Assembly (NCBI GenBank): GCA_963835005.1
Contig: CAWIEA010000001.1
Span: 153,291-217,290, forward strand
DNA: 64,000 nucleotides
DNA from: an uncultured Acidimicrobiia bacterium
GTDB taxonomy: Bacteria > Actinomycetota > Acidimicrobiia > IMCC26256 > JAENVU01
Reading direction: 5' to 3'
Below are positions 47,398 to 55,644 of the stretch, one piece after another; positions within the stretch are counted from its first letter, which is position 1; each line of letters opens with the position of its first letter. Below the pieces are notes generated by a model. That model was not told where the DNA came from, did no database searches, and was given only the letters and a program-made list of their open reading frames with translations. The translations under genes were made by a program, and so were the position numbers.

Positions 47398-48159
47398 ATG
47401 AACGACGGCTCGATGCACGACGGGTTCTACGGTCGCCAGCAGGCGGCGATCCACCACGACCGCTTCGGCGACCTCTCCCATGACGCAGCCCGGCTCCTCG
47501 CCGGCGTCCTCGTCGGTCGCGGCCTCACCGAGGGGACGGTCACCGATCTCGGCTGCGGCTCCGGCATCCTCGCCCGGGTGATGTCGGACCTCGGCTACTC
47601 CGTGCTCGGCGTCGACCTCTCCCCCGACATGCTCGCCCTCGCCGAGCGCAACACGCCCAGGGCCACGTTCCGCAACGAGAGCCTCGTCGACGCCGCGATC
47701 CCGCCGTCGGTCGCGGTCACCGCGATCGGCGAGGCCCTGAACTACGCGACCGATCCGCGCGCCGGACGCGACGCGACGACCGACGTCGCGCAGCGGGTCT
47801 TCGACGCGCTCGCGCCCGGCGGCGTATTTCTCTTCGACGTCGCGACTCCCGGACGCAACCTCGGGCTCGACGTCCGCGAGCGGATCCACGACCACGACGA
47901 CTGGACGCTCGTCATGCGCGCGACCGAGTCCGGCAACCGGCTCGACCGTCGCATCACGATCTTCAGCCTCGAACCCGACGGCCACTGGTCCCGAATCGAC
48001 GAGCATCACGTCGCGCACCTCTACGACCCCGACGAGCTGACCGCCGACCTCGAACGCATCGGCTTCACCGTCGAGACGCGCCCGACCTACGGCGAGCACC
48101 GGGGCGACTCGACCCCACCGTCCGGCTGGACGGTGGTGGTGGCGACGAAGCCGAGCTGA
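47398..48159 (+). CDS. Class I SAM-dependent methyltransferase
   Basis: ATG 47398 lies in the frame of ORF 46504..48159. VTDLGCGSGILA is motif I and GGVFLFD is motif-II-like. The protein is 253 aa. Confidence 0.8.
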   Translation: MNDGSMHDGFYGRQQAAIHHDRFGDLSHDAARLLAGVLVGRGLTEGTVTDLGCGSGILARVMSDLGYSVLGVDLSPDMLALAERNTPRATFRNESLVDAAIPPSVAVTAIGEALNYATDPRAGRDATTDVAQRVFDALAPGGVFLFDVATPGRNLGLDVRERIHDHDDWTLVMRATESGNRLDRRITIFSLEPDGHWSRIDEHHVAHLYDPDELTADLERIGFTVETRPTYGEHRGDSTPPSGWTVVVATKPS

Positions 48160-48179
48160 CACGATCCGGCCGGGTACAG

Positions 48180-49658
48180 CTAGCCCTTGGGCGGCAGCCC
48201 GATCGTCTTGGTCTCGAGGTACTCCTCGAACCCGGGGATGCCGTGCTCGCGGCCGAGGCCGGACTCCTTGTACCCGCCGAACGGCGAGTCGGGACCGAAC
48301 CACAGACCGCCGTTGACCGACACGGTCCCGGTCCGCAGCCGCTTCGCGATCCCGTACGCACGATCCAGGTCCACGCTGACCACTCCACCGGAGAGCCCGT
48401 AGCGCGAGTTGTTCGCGATGCGCACTGCGTCGTCGTCATCGTCGAACGGGATCACCGCGAGCACCGGCCCGAAGATCTCCTCCTGCGCGATCGTCGAGTC
48501 GGGGTCGACGTCGACGAACAGCGTCGGCTCGACGTAGTAGCCCTTCTCGAACTGCTCGGCCCGACCTCCGCCGAACGCCAGCGTGGCGTTGCCCTCGGAC
48601 TTGCCCTGCTCGATGTACCCGAGCACGCGCTCGCGCTGGCGGGCGTTGATCAACGGCCCCTGCATGTTCTCGGGGTTGGTCGGGTCGCCGTAGCTCCAGC
48701 TCTCGAAGGCGACCTTCAGCAGGTCGACGGCCTCGTCGTGGCGCGATCGTGGCACCAGCATGCGCGTCGTGATCGCGCAGCCTTGACCACCGTGCATGCA
48801 CACCATCGGACCCGTCGACATCACCGACGGGAAGTCGGCGTCGTCGAGGATGATGTTCGCCGACTTGCCACCGAGCTCGAGGAACACGCGCTTCAGGTTC
48901 TCCGCGCCCTGCACCATGATCCGCTTGCCGACGCCGCTCGAGCCGGTGAACGAGATCATGTCGACGTCCCGGCTGCCCGTCAGCACCTCGCCGACGGCCG
49001 CGGGGTCGGACGACGTCACCACGTTGAGGACTCCCGGCGGCAGGTCCGTGTACTCCGCCGCGACCCGACCGATGTGCGTCGCGCTCCAGGGCGTGTCCGG
49101 CGCGGGCTTCAGGACGACGGTGTTCCCCGCCGCGAGCGCGGGCACGACCTTCGACAGGTTGAGCATGAACGGGAAGTTCCACGGCGTGATCGCGCCCACG
49201 ACGCCGATCGGCTCACGCAGGACGCGACGGCCGCTCGTCATCCCGAAGAACTCGTGCTCGGGGAGGTCGTACTCCCACGAGATGCGGTCGATGCACTCGA
49301 TGTCCCACTCCATGTCGTCGATGCAGGAGTCCTGCTGCACCGCGTACGTGAGCATGATCGGGGCACCGACCTCGGCGACGATCTGCGGGCGGAGCACTTC
49401 GCGCTCCTTCGCCAACGCCTCCTGCAGCTGGCGCAGGCACCGCTTGCGCAGGTCGCGGTCCTCGGCCCAGCTCGTCTCCTCGAAGGCCCGCTTGGCCGCG
49501 CCGATGGCGCGCTCCATGTCGGCGGGGGCCGCGTCGGCGACCTGCCCGATGGCCTCTTCGGTGGCCGGGTTGATGTTGTCGTAGGTGGCCCCCGACGCTG
49601 CGTCGACGAGCTCCCCGTCGATCAGCATCCGGTGCTCGCCGCTCACCGACTCCCCCAT
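48180..49658 (-). CDS. NAD(P)-dependent aldehyde dehydrogenase
   Basis: Intact 492-aa ORF with FPFMLNLSKVVPALAAGNTVVLKP, FLELGGKS and GGQGCAITTR (catalytic Cys). Confidence 0.9.
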   Translation of the reverse strand: MGESVSGEHRMLIDGELVDAASGATYDNINPATEEAIGQVADAAPADMERAIGAAKRAFEETSWAEDRDLRKRCLRQLQEALAKEREVLRPQIVAEVGAPIMLTYAVQQDSCIDDMEWDIECIDRISWEYDLPEHEFFGMTSGRRVLREPIGVVGAITPWNFPFMLNLSKVVPALAAGNTVVLKPAPDTPWSATHIGRVAAEYTDLPPGVLNVVTSSDPAAVGEVLTGSRDVDMISFTGSSGVGKRIMVQGAENLKRVFLELGGKSANIILDDADFPSVMSTGPMVCMHGGQGCAITTRMLVPRSRHDEAVDLLKVAFESWSYGDPTNPENMQGPLINARQRERVLGYIEQGKSEGNATLAFGGGRAEQFEKGYYVEPTLFVDVDPDSTIAQEEIFGPVLAVIPFDDDDDAVRIANNSRYGLSGGVVSVDLDRAYGIAKRLRTGTVSVNGGLWFGPDSPFGGYKESGLGREHGIPGFEEYLETKTIGLPPKG

Positions 49659-49701
49659 GGCGCGTCTCCCTCTCGACCGCGGACGGTGCCGCGGAGGTTA
49701 C

Positions 49702-49717
49702 CTGACACGCGAGTCAG
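49702..49717. promoter_or_regulatory. Operator-like palindrome CTGAC-N6-GTCAG (site 9)
   Basis: Sequence is ACCTGACacgcgaGTCAGGG. It lies 44 nt upstream of the aldehyde dehydrogenase start (49658). Confidence 0.65.
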
Positions 49718-49742
49718 GGAAATTCGGGCCGGGCCCGGCGCC

Positions 49743-50684
49743 TCAGCGGTCCCGGGGCGGGATGCCGAACGACGCGCGGACGTCCTCGAGCGGCTGGTCG
49801 GCGAGGGCGAGGTGGTCGACGGTGGTGAAGTCGGTCGTCGTCTGCGACCCGCGCCAGAACGCGTGGGCCACGGTCTCGGCCGCACCCGGCCGGCCGAGGG
49901 TCCCCTCCTTCGGGACGAGCTTCCCGCCCCCGTCGAGGTACCCGGCCTCGTGCACGCCGAGGTTGCCCATGAACTGCATCCAGTGCGCGTCGCTGTCGGT
50001 GACAGCGAGCTGCATCGCTCCGAGGGCGATCTCCTCGACGCCGATCGGCTCGTAGCCGCTGATGACGTGGCACATGTCGTGCGACACGAAGACGGCCGGT
50101 GTGCTGAGGTCGACCCCGGGGATGTCGAAGCCGTAGCGCCCGTAGAACGCGAGGTAGGCCCGGCCGAGCGTCCCGTCGGGAAGCCCCGCGAACGACCGCA
50201 GCCGGTCGACGAGCTCCGGGTCCGGCTGCTCCAGCGGCACCCCGTAGCGATCGGCCAGCGTGGGCTCGAGGAGGGGGCCGGTGACGTCGCCGAGGAAGCG
50301 CATGAAGTCGGCGGACGCGGTCGCGACTCCGCCCCGTACCAGGTCGCGGGCGATCGCCAGTCCGGGACCGGATTCCCCCAGCGCCGCCGCGTACTCGTCC
50401 ACCCGCTCGACCTGCGCCACGCTCGTCGGGTGCCGGCACAGCTCGACGAGCACGAGGAGCTCGCGGACCCGCCGACGCCGCGTGGGGTCCGTGAACGCCG
50501 CCGTGACGCCGTCCGGGTCGAGTGGCTCGATCGTCGCGGGATCCAGGTCGACGCCGAAGTAGGTGCGAGCGAGCGCGCCGATCACCGCGAGCTGCTCCGT
50601 CGTCGGCCCGTCCTCGACGGTCGCCGCACCGACCATCGCCCGGATCACCGGCTCGACGTTCTCGACATCGATGATGCGCGTCAT
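49743..50684 (-). CDS. Hypothetical protein with C-terminal Coq4-like HDxxH-x11-E motif
   Basis: ATG 50684 has a GGGAGGG SD and gives 313 aa. VSHDMCHVISGYEPIGVEEIALG matches the zinc motif HDxxH(x)11E of the Coq4 family. The N-terminal half is unassigned. The upstream 245 codons of ORF 49743..51419 are noise. Confidence 0.5.
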   Translation of the reverse strand: MTRIIDVENVEPVIRAMVGAATVEDGPTTEQLAVIGALARTYFGVDLDPATIEPLDPDGVTAAFTDPTRRRRVRELLVLVELCRHPTSVAQVERVDEYAAALGESGPGLAIARDLVRGGVATASADFMRFLGDVTGPLLEPTLADRYGVPLEQPDPELVDRLRSFAGLPDGTLGRAYLAFYGRYGFDIPGVDLSTPAVFVSHDMCHVISGYEPIGVEEIALGAMQLAVTDSDAHWMQFMGNLGVHEAGYLDGGGKLVPKEGTLGRPGAAETVAHAFWRGSQTTTDFTTVDHLALADQPLEDVRASFGIPPRDR

Positions 50685-50723
50685 GTCCTGAAGCCCTCCC
50701 TGCGCCGCGTACGCTAGTTCCAC

Positions 50724-52266
50724 GTGCGCATCGCTGCGGTCGACCTCGGCTCGAACTCCTTTCACCTCGTCGTCGCCGAGGTGCGCGCCGACGGGACGTT
50801 CGAGCCCCTCGTTCGCGAGAAGGAGATGCTCCGGCTCGGCGACGTCGTGAGCCGCGAGGGGCTCGTCACCCCCGATGCCGCGGACGCGGCCGTCGCGACG
50901 ATGCGTCGCTTCCGGATGCTCGCCGAGGCCGCGGACGCAACCGAGATCCTCGCCTGCGCGACGAGCGCGCTGCGCAGCGCCTCGAACGGCGACGCGGTGC
51001 TCGACCGCATCGAGACCGAGGCCGGGATCACCGCCGACGTCATCGACGGTCGCGAGGAGGCGCGCCTCATCTTCACGGCGATCCGCACCGCCGTCCTCAT
51101 CGACCCGGGACCGGCGCTGTGCTTCGACCTCGGCGGCGGGAGCGTCGAGATCATGGTCGGGGACGCGACCGGGATGCAGTGGGCGGCGAGCGAGCGGCTC
51201 GGCGTCGCCCGCCTGAGCGCGCAGTACGTCGAGTCGGACCCGATCTCCAAGCGCGACCGACGCCGGCTGCGCGAGCACCTGGTCGACGTCCTGGCGCCGC
51301 TCGCGGTCGAGGTGCAGCACTTCGAGCCGAAGATGGCGATCGGGAGCAGCGGCACCCTCGAAGACCTCGCGCACATGGTCGCGGCGCGCGCGCGACGAGT
51401 CGGTGCCGCGCTCGCTCAACCAGCTGTCGTTCTCCCGCGAGGAGTTCGCACCCCTCTACCGCGAGCTCGTCCAGTCGACGTCGAGCCAGCGCCAGCGAAT
51501 GAAGGGCCTCGACTCCAAGCGCGTCGAGCTCATCGTCGCCGGCGCCGAGTTCCTCAACACCGCGATGGAGCTCTTCGAGGTCGACGAGCTGACGATCAGC
51601 GAATGGGCGCTGCGCGAGGGGATGGTGCTCGAGGCGGTCGGTCGTCACGATCCCGTCGACCTCACCGACGACCCGCGCGCGATCCGGCGCGCATCTATCC
51701 AGGCCCTCGCCCGGCGGTTCTCGTGGCCGGAACCGCACTCGCGCCAGGTCGCGAAGCTCAGCCTCGAGCTGTTCGACCAGTTGCGAGAGCTGCACGGCCT
51801 CGGCGACGAGGACCGCGAGCTGCTCGAGTACGCCGCGTTCCTCCACGACATCGGCGAGCACGTCGCGCACGACGGGCACGACCGCCACGCCGCCTACTTG
51901 GTCGCGCACGGCCAGCTTCGGGGGTTCGACCCCGAGGAGATCCTGATCCTCACCGCGCTCGTGCGGTGGCACCGGCGCGGCGACCCCAAGCCGGCCGACG
52001 ACCTCGTCGGCGAGCTCGACGACGCGCAGCGCGATCGGGTCCGCCGGCTCGCCGCGTTGCTGCGCATCTCGGACGGCCTCGACCGCAGCCGCAACCAGGT
52101 GATCACCGGCCTCGCGGCGCGCGTCGGACCGTCGCTCGTGCTGCTGCGGCTCCAGACGAACGGCCAGGACCCCGAGCTCGAGCTCTGGGGTGCCCGTCGC
52201 AAGCGGGAGCTGTTCGAGAAGACCTACGACCGCGAGCTCGAGCTCACCGCCCACCCCGCCGGCTGA
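50724..52266 (+). pseudogene. Ppx/GppA family exopolyphosphatase/pppGpp phosphohydrolase with C-terminal HD domain; one +1 frameshift near 51393
   Basis: GTG 50724 gives RIAAVDLGSNSFHLVVAE. Motifs DLGGGSVE and GSSGT lie in the first frame. One extra base later DESVPRSLNQLSF joins ORF 51403..52266 (LLEYAAFLHDIGEHV). Confidence 0.8.
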
Positions 52267-52330
52267 CCCACGTCTGTGCGCGTAAGGATCGCTGAGCGAA
52301 CCGATCCGCACGGACGCGGAGGGTGGTGGC

Positions 52331-52969
52331 TCAGGGCTTGGCCGCGCGGCCGGTGACGGTCTGGAAGATGATCCGGGCCGTGGTCTCGACCACGTCGTCA
52401 CGACTCGCGCCGTACGACTCCAGGTCGGTGTGGAACGCGGCCATCCGCTCCATCATCGCGACGAGCGCGGCCGCGGCGGCGTACGGCGCGAGCCCTTCGA
52501 CGTCGTTGGTCGCGACCTTCCGGGACAGACCCTCGGTCAACGGCCGCAGCGACGCGTTGCGCACGTCGCGGAACCGCTGGTCGCCTTCCTGCGCGGCGAG
52601 GTTGCGGGTGCGCAGGATGGCGCGGTGGCCGTCCCAGAACCGGAGGAACCCGTCGACGAGGTCACGCGCCATCGCGAGCCCGGCGTCGCCGCGCCAACGC
52701 GGCTCGAGCAGCTCGCTCAGCGGCGCGGTCTGCTCCCCCACCGACTCCGCGAGGGCGAGCACCGCCTCCTCGACGTCGCGGAAGTACTGGTAGAAGGTCG
52801 CCGGCGACGTCCCGACCGCGCGGGCGATGTCGACGACGCGCAGGTCGCGCAGCCCCTTGCTCTCGAGCAGCTCACCCGTCGCCTGCAGCAACCGGGCCCG
52901 AGTCGCGGCCCCGCGCTTGCCGAGCGATCGCCCGTCGAGCGCGTTGGCACCGGAGTCGAGAGCCCCCAC
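52331..52969 (-). CDS. TetR-family transcriptional regulator
   Basis: Intact 212-aa ORF. The N-terminal HTH is ATRARLLQATGELLESKGLRDLRVVDIARAVGTSPATFYQYF. Confidence 0.85.
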   Translation of the reverse strand: MGALDSGANALDGRSLGKRGAATRARLLQATGELLESKGLRDLRVVDIARAVGTSPATFYQYFRDVEEAVLALAESVGEQTAPLSELLEPRWRGDAGLAMARDLVDGFLRFWDGHRAILRTRNLAAQEGDQRFRDVRNASLRPLTEGLSRKVATNDVEGLAPYAAAAALVAMMERMAAFHTDLESYGASRDDVVETTARIIFQTVTGRAAKP

Positions 52970-52984
52970 GGCCGCGGAGGGTAT

Positions 52985-52999
52985 CTGACGCCCCGTCAG
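52985..52999. promoter_or_regulatory. Operator-like palindrome CTGAC-N5-GTCAG (site 10, one base shorter spacer)
   Basis: Sequence is ATCTGACgccccGTCAGAT. It lies 16 nt upstream of the TetR start (52969). Confidence 0.55.
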
Positions 53000-53107
53000 A
53001 TCGCCCAGGACGGGTCAGCCGCTCCACGCCCCACGCGGACCACGAGCGCGGCGGCGATCGGGAGCCGAGCCGGTCGCGGACGTCGACGGGCCGACAGAGG
53101 TCCTTGC

Positions 53108-53123
53108 CTGACATGCACGTCAG
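53108..53123. promoter_or_regulatory. Operator-like palindrome CTGAC-N6-GTCAG (site 11)
   Basis: Sequence is CTGACatgcacGTCAG. It lies 61 nt upstream of ATG 53184, in the same divergent gap as site 10. Confidence 0.6.
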
Positions 53124-53183
53124 TTCTAGTGTCCCCCCATTCGGGCAATGGCCTCGACTCCGGGGCGAGACAAGGGGGGAACG

Positions 53184-53702
53184 ATGGACACCAAGAACTC
53201 GATGCGGCGCCGCGCGCTCGCGGGAGCGGGCGCGCTCGCACTCGCGGTTTCCGGCGTGGCGCTGGCCGGCGGGACGGCCGGTGCGGCGAAGGCCCCGCCG
53301 AAGCCGAAGGGCAAGACGACCTGTCCCACGGTCATCGGCACCGTCGCCGGCACGATCCAGCTCACCAACTGCGTCGACGTCGGTGGTGCCAACACCGGCG
53401 GCTCCACCGTGGCGTTCCCCACGCTGAACCTGGCGACCGGCGGCGTGTTCCTGTGGACGAGCGGGAAGACCACCACCACCGGTGCGCCCGTCACCACTCC
53501 GGCCAATGCGAAGAAGTGCCCCGGCTACGTGAAGCTCAAGAAGACCGATCCCCCGGTTCCCGAGCCTGCGGCGCTCAGCGTCACGAGCGCGGTGATCTCG
53601 GACACGGCCGGCATGAAGGTCCCGGGCAAGGTCAAGGGCGCCGTCTGCATCTCGAAGGACGGGACCACGGTCACGGCGCTGAAGCCGTTCAAGATCAACT
53701 GA
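53184..53702 (+). CDS. Small secreted hypothetical protein (Thr/Gly/Lys-rich, four Cys)
   Basis: ATG 53184 has an AAGGGGGGA SD. The signal peptide is MDTKNSMRRRALAGAGALALAVSGVALAGGTAGA. The mature part is about 140 aa with C at TTCPT, TNCVD, KKCPG and AVCIS. No family recognised. Confidence 0.6.
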   Translation: MDTKNSMRRRALAGAGALALAVSGVALAGGTAGAAKAPPKPKGKTTCPTVIGTVAGTIQLTNCVDVGGANTGGSTVAFPTLNLATGGVFLWTSGKTTTTGAPVTTPANAKKCPGYVKLKKTDPPVPEPAALSVTSAVISDTAGMKVPGKVKGAVCISKDGTTVTALKPFKIN

Positions 53703-53730
53703 CCCTGAACGCACGACCCTGAACGCGACA

Positions 53731-53768
53731 GAGCCCGGGGCCGAGGCCCCGGGCTCTCGTCGTTGTTG
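53731..53768 (+). terminator. Intrinsic-terminator-like hairpin after the secreted-protein gene
   Basis: AGAGCCCGGGGC-cgag-GCCCCGGGCTCT (12-bp stem, 4-nt loop) is followed by CGTCGTTGTT. Confidence 0.6.
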
Positions 53769-53903
53769 GAGAGGCGTCCCGGCATTCGGGGAAGCAACCC
53801 GAACAGGGAACCGAGACGCGCGCTCCATCGGCACGTCGCGACCCCACCTTGCGCGGTTTCTCGGGCCGGGCCTCGAGACTCCTCCGGCGGACGCCGTGCG
53901 AGG

Positions 53904-54842
53904 ATGCAGCCGATGGAGACGGTCGGCGACCTGCTGGGTGACGCGTCGGCCGAACTCGCCGCCGCGTTCGAGGTGCCGATTCCCGGGGCGCTGCGGTTCG
54001 CGCTCGACCTGCCGGCCCCTCCGAGGGTCGGAGCCGCGCTCTCGGTGCTCGACGCGCCCCGCGGGCGCACGGCAATGCTCGCCGGTCCCGGAGTGCTCCG
54101 CGACCGGGCCGTCGACGGCCTCCGGGAGTTCGCCACCGCGGCGAACGTCGGCGTTGCGAACACCTGGGGCGCGAAGGGCGTCTTCAACTGGGACAGTCCC
54201 CACCACCTCGGCACCTGCGGCCTCCAGGCCGCGGACTTCGAGCTCCTCGGGTTCGCGGAGCTCGACCTCCTCTGGGTGACCGGACTCGACCCGCTCGAGT
54301 CCCCCGCTCCGCGCTACGAGCTCGGCGCGCGGGTCGTCCCGATCGAGCCGCGCGACCTCGGCGTCTTCGCCCCGGAGATCGCGCGGTCGTCGTATCGGAT
54401 CGAAGTGCCTCCGCTCTACGAGCGGCTCGCGGCGGTCGCCCAGCCGGGTTATGTCGACGACCGGTTTCCGCGCCATCCGGCGCGCGCGGTGATGGACCTC
54501 AAGCAGCGCATGACGCCCGGTGCGATCGTCACCGCCCAACCCGGCCCGGCCGGCCTGTGGGTCGCGCGCACCTTTCCCACCGACGGGCCCGGGACGGTCG
54601 TCGTCCCTGCCGAGGCGGCTCCCGGAATCGGAATCGCGGTCGCGCTCGCCGCGGCGCGTGCAGGACGCCCGGCGACCGCGGTGACCGTCGAGCCCCTCGA
54701 CGCGATCGGTGCCGCGCTGGTCGCGCTCGGTGTGCGCCTCGACGTCCCGATGACCGTCGAGACCTGGGGTGACGACGTCGACCTCTCCCTCACCGCGTTG
54801 CTCGTCGAGGCGGCCGGTCCCGTCGTAGCGTGGGCGGGATGA
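53904..54842 (+). CDS. Thiamine-pyrophosphate-enzyme-like protein lacking the N-terminal PYR domain (tentative)
   Basis: ATG 53904 gives 312 aa. AMLAGPGVLRDRAVDGLREFATAANVGVANTWGAKGVF resembles the central domain of acetolactate-synthase-type enzymes. The stop overlaps the next start (ATGA at 54839). The assignment is weak. Confidence 0.4.
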   Translation: MQPMETVGDLLGDASAELAAAFEVPIPGALRFALDLPAPPRVGAALSVLDAPRGRTAMLAGPGVLRDRAVDGLREFATAANVGVANTWGAKGVFNWDSPHHLGTCGLQAADFELLGFAELDLLWVTGLDPLESPAPRYELGARVVPIEPRDLGVFAPEIARSSYRIEVPPLYERLAAVAQPGYVDDRFPRHPARAVMDLKQRMTPGAIVTAQPGPAGLWVARTFPTDGPGTVVVPAEAAPGIGIAVALAAARAGRPATAVTVEPLDAIGAALVALGVRLDVPMTVETWGDDVDLSLTALLVEAAGPVVAWAG

Positions 54843-55609
54843 GCGATCGGGCGCGGGTAGCGGTCGTCACCGGCGCGTCGACTGGCATCGGCCGCGCGAT
54901 CGCGGTCGGGCTCGGCGAGCTGGGCTGGCACGTCGCGCTCGGCGCCCGCCGCACGGACAAGCTGGACGAGACCGCAGGACTCGTCATCGAGGCCGGCGGC
55001 GAAGCGTTCCCCCGCCATCTCGACGTCACCGACGCGGAGTCCGTCGACTCCTTCTTGACCTCGGTGGAGTCCGTGCTCGGACCCATCGACGTGCTCGTGA
55101 ACAACGCCGGGATCGCGGTGCCGGGGCCGTTCTGGGAGCTCACCCCCGAGCAGCTCGACGTCGAGGTGCGCACGAACCTCCTCGGGCCGTTGCTGTGCAC
55201 ACGGCGCGTGCTCCCGCCGATGATCGAACGCCGTGAAGGCGACGTCGTGTTCGTCTCGTCCGACACCGTGCACTCGCCGCGACCGCGGCTCCTCGGCTAC
55301 GGCGCGACGAAGGCGGCCGTCGAGGTCGCGGCCCGCGGGCTGACGATGGAGCTCGAAGGGACCGGCGTGCGCACGACGACCGTGCGGGTCGGCCCGACGC
55401 TGAGCGACTTCGGTGCCGGTTGGAGCGCGGAGCAGATCACCGGGCTCATGGACTACTGGCCGCGCTTCGGCATCCAGCGGCACATGAACACGCTGCATCC
55501 CGAGGATGTCGCCCGAGCCGTCGTGTACGCGGTGACGTCCCCACCGGGCGTCAACCTCGACCTCATCGAGGTGCAGCCGGAGCCTCCGGTCTCCGAGGAC
55601 CTGCGTTAG
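54839..55609 (+). CDS. SDR-family oxidoreductase
   Basis: ATG 54839 gives VAVVTGASTGIGRA, with LVNNAGI and YGATKAA. Confidence 0.85.
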   Translation: MSDRARVAVVTGASTGIGRAIAVGLGELGWHVALGARRTDKLDETAGLVIEAGGEAFPRHLDVTDAESVDSFLTSVESVLGPIDVLVNNAGIAVPGPFWELTPEQLDVEVRTNLLGPLLCTRRVLPPMIERREGDVVFVSSDTVHSPRPRLLGYGATKAAVEVAARGLTMELEGTGVRTTTVRVGPTLSDFGAGWSAEQITGLMDYWPRFGIQRHMNTLHPEDVARAVVYAVTSPPGVNLDLIEVQPEPPVSEDLR

Positions 55610-55644
55610 AAACGCACGGTTTCGGGGCGCGGTACGCTCCGCGC

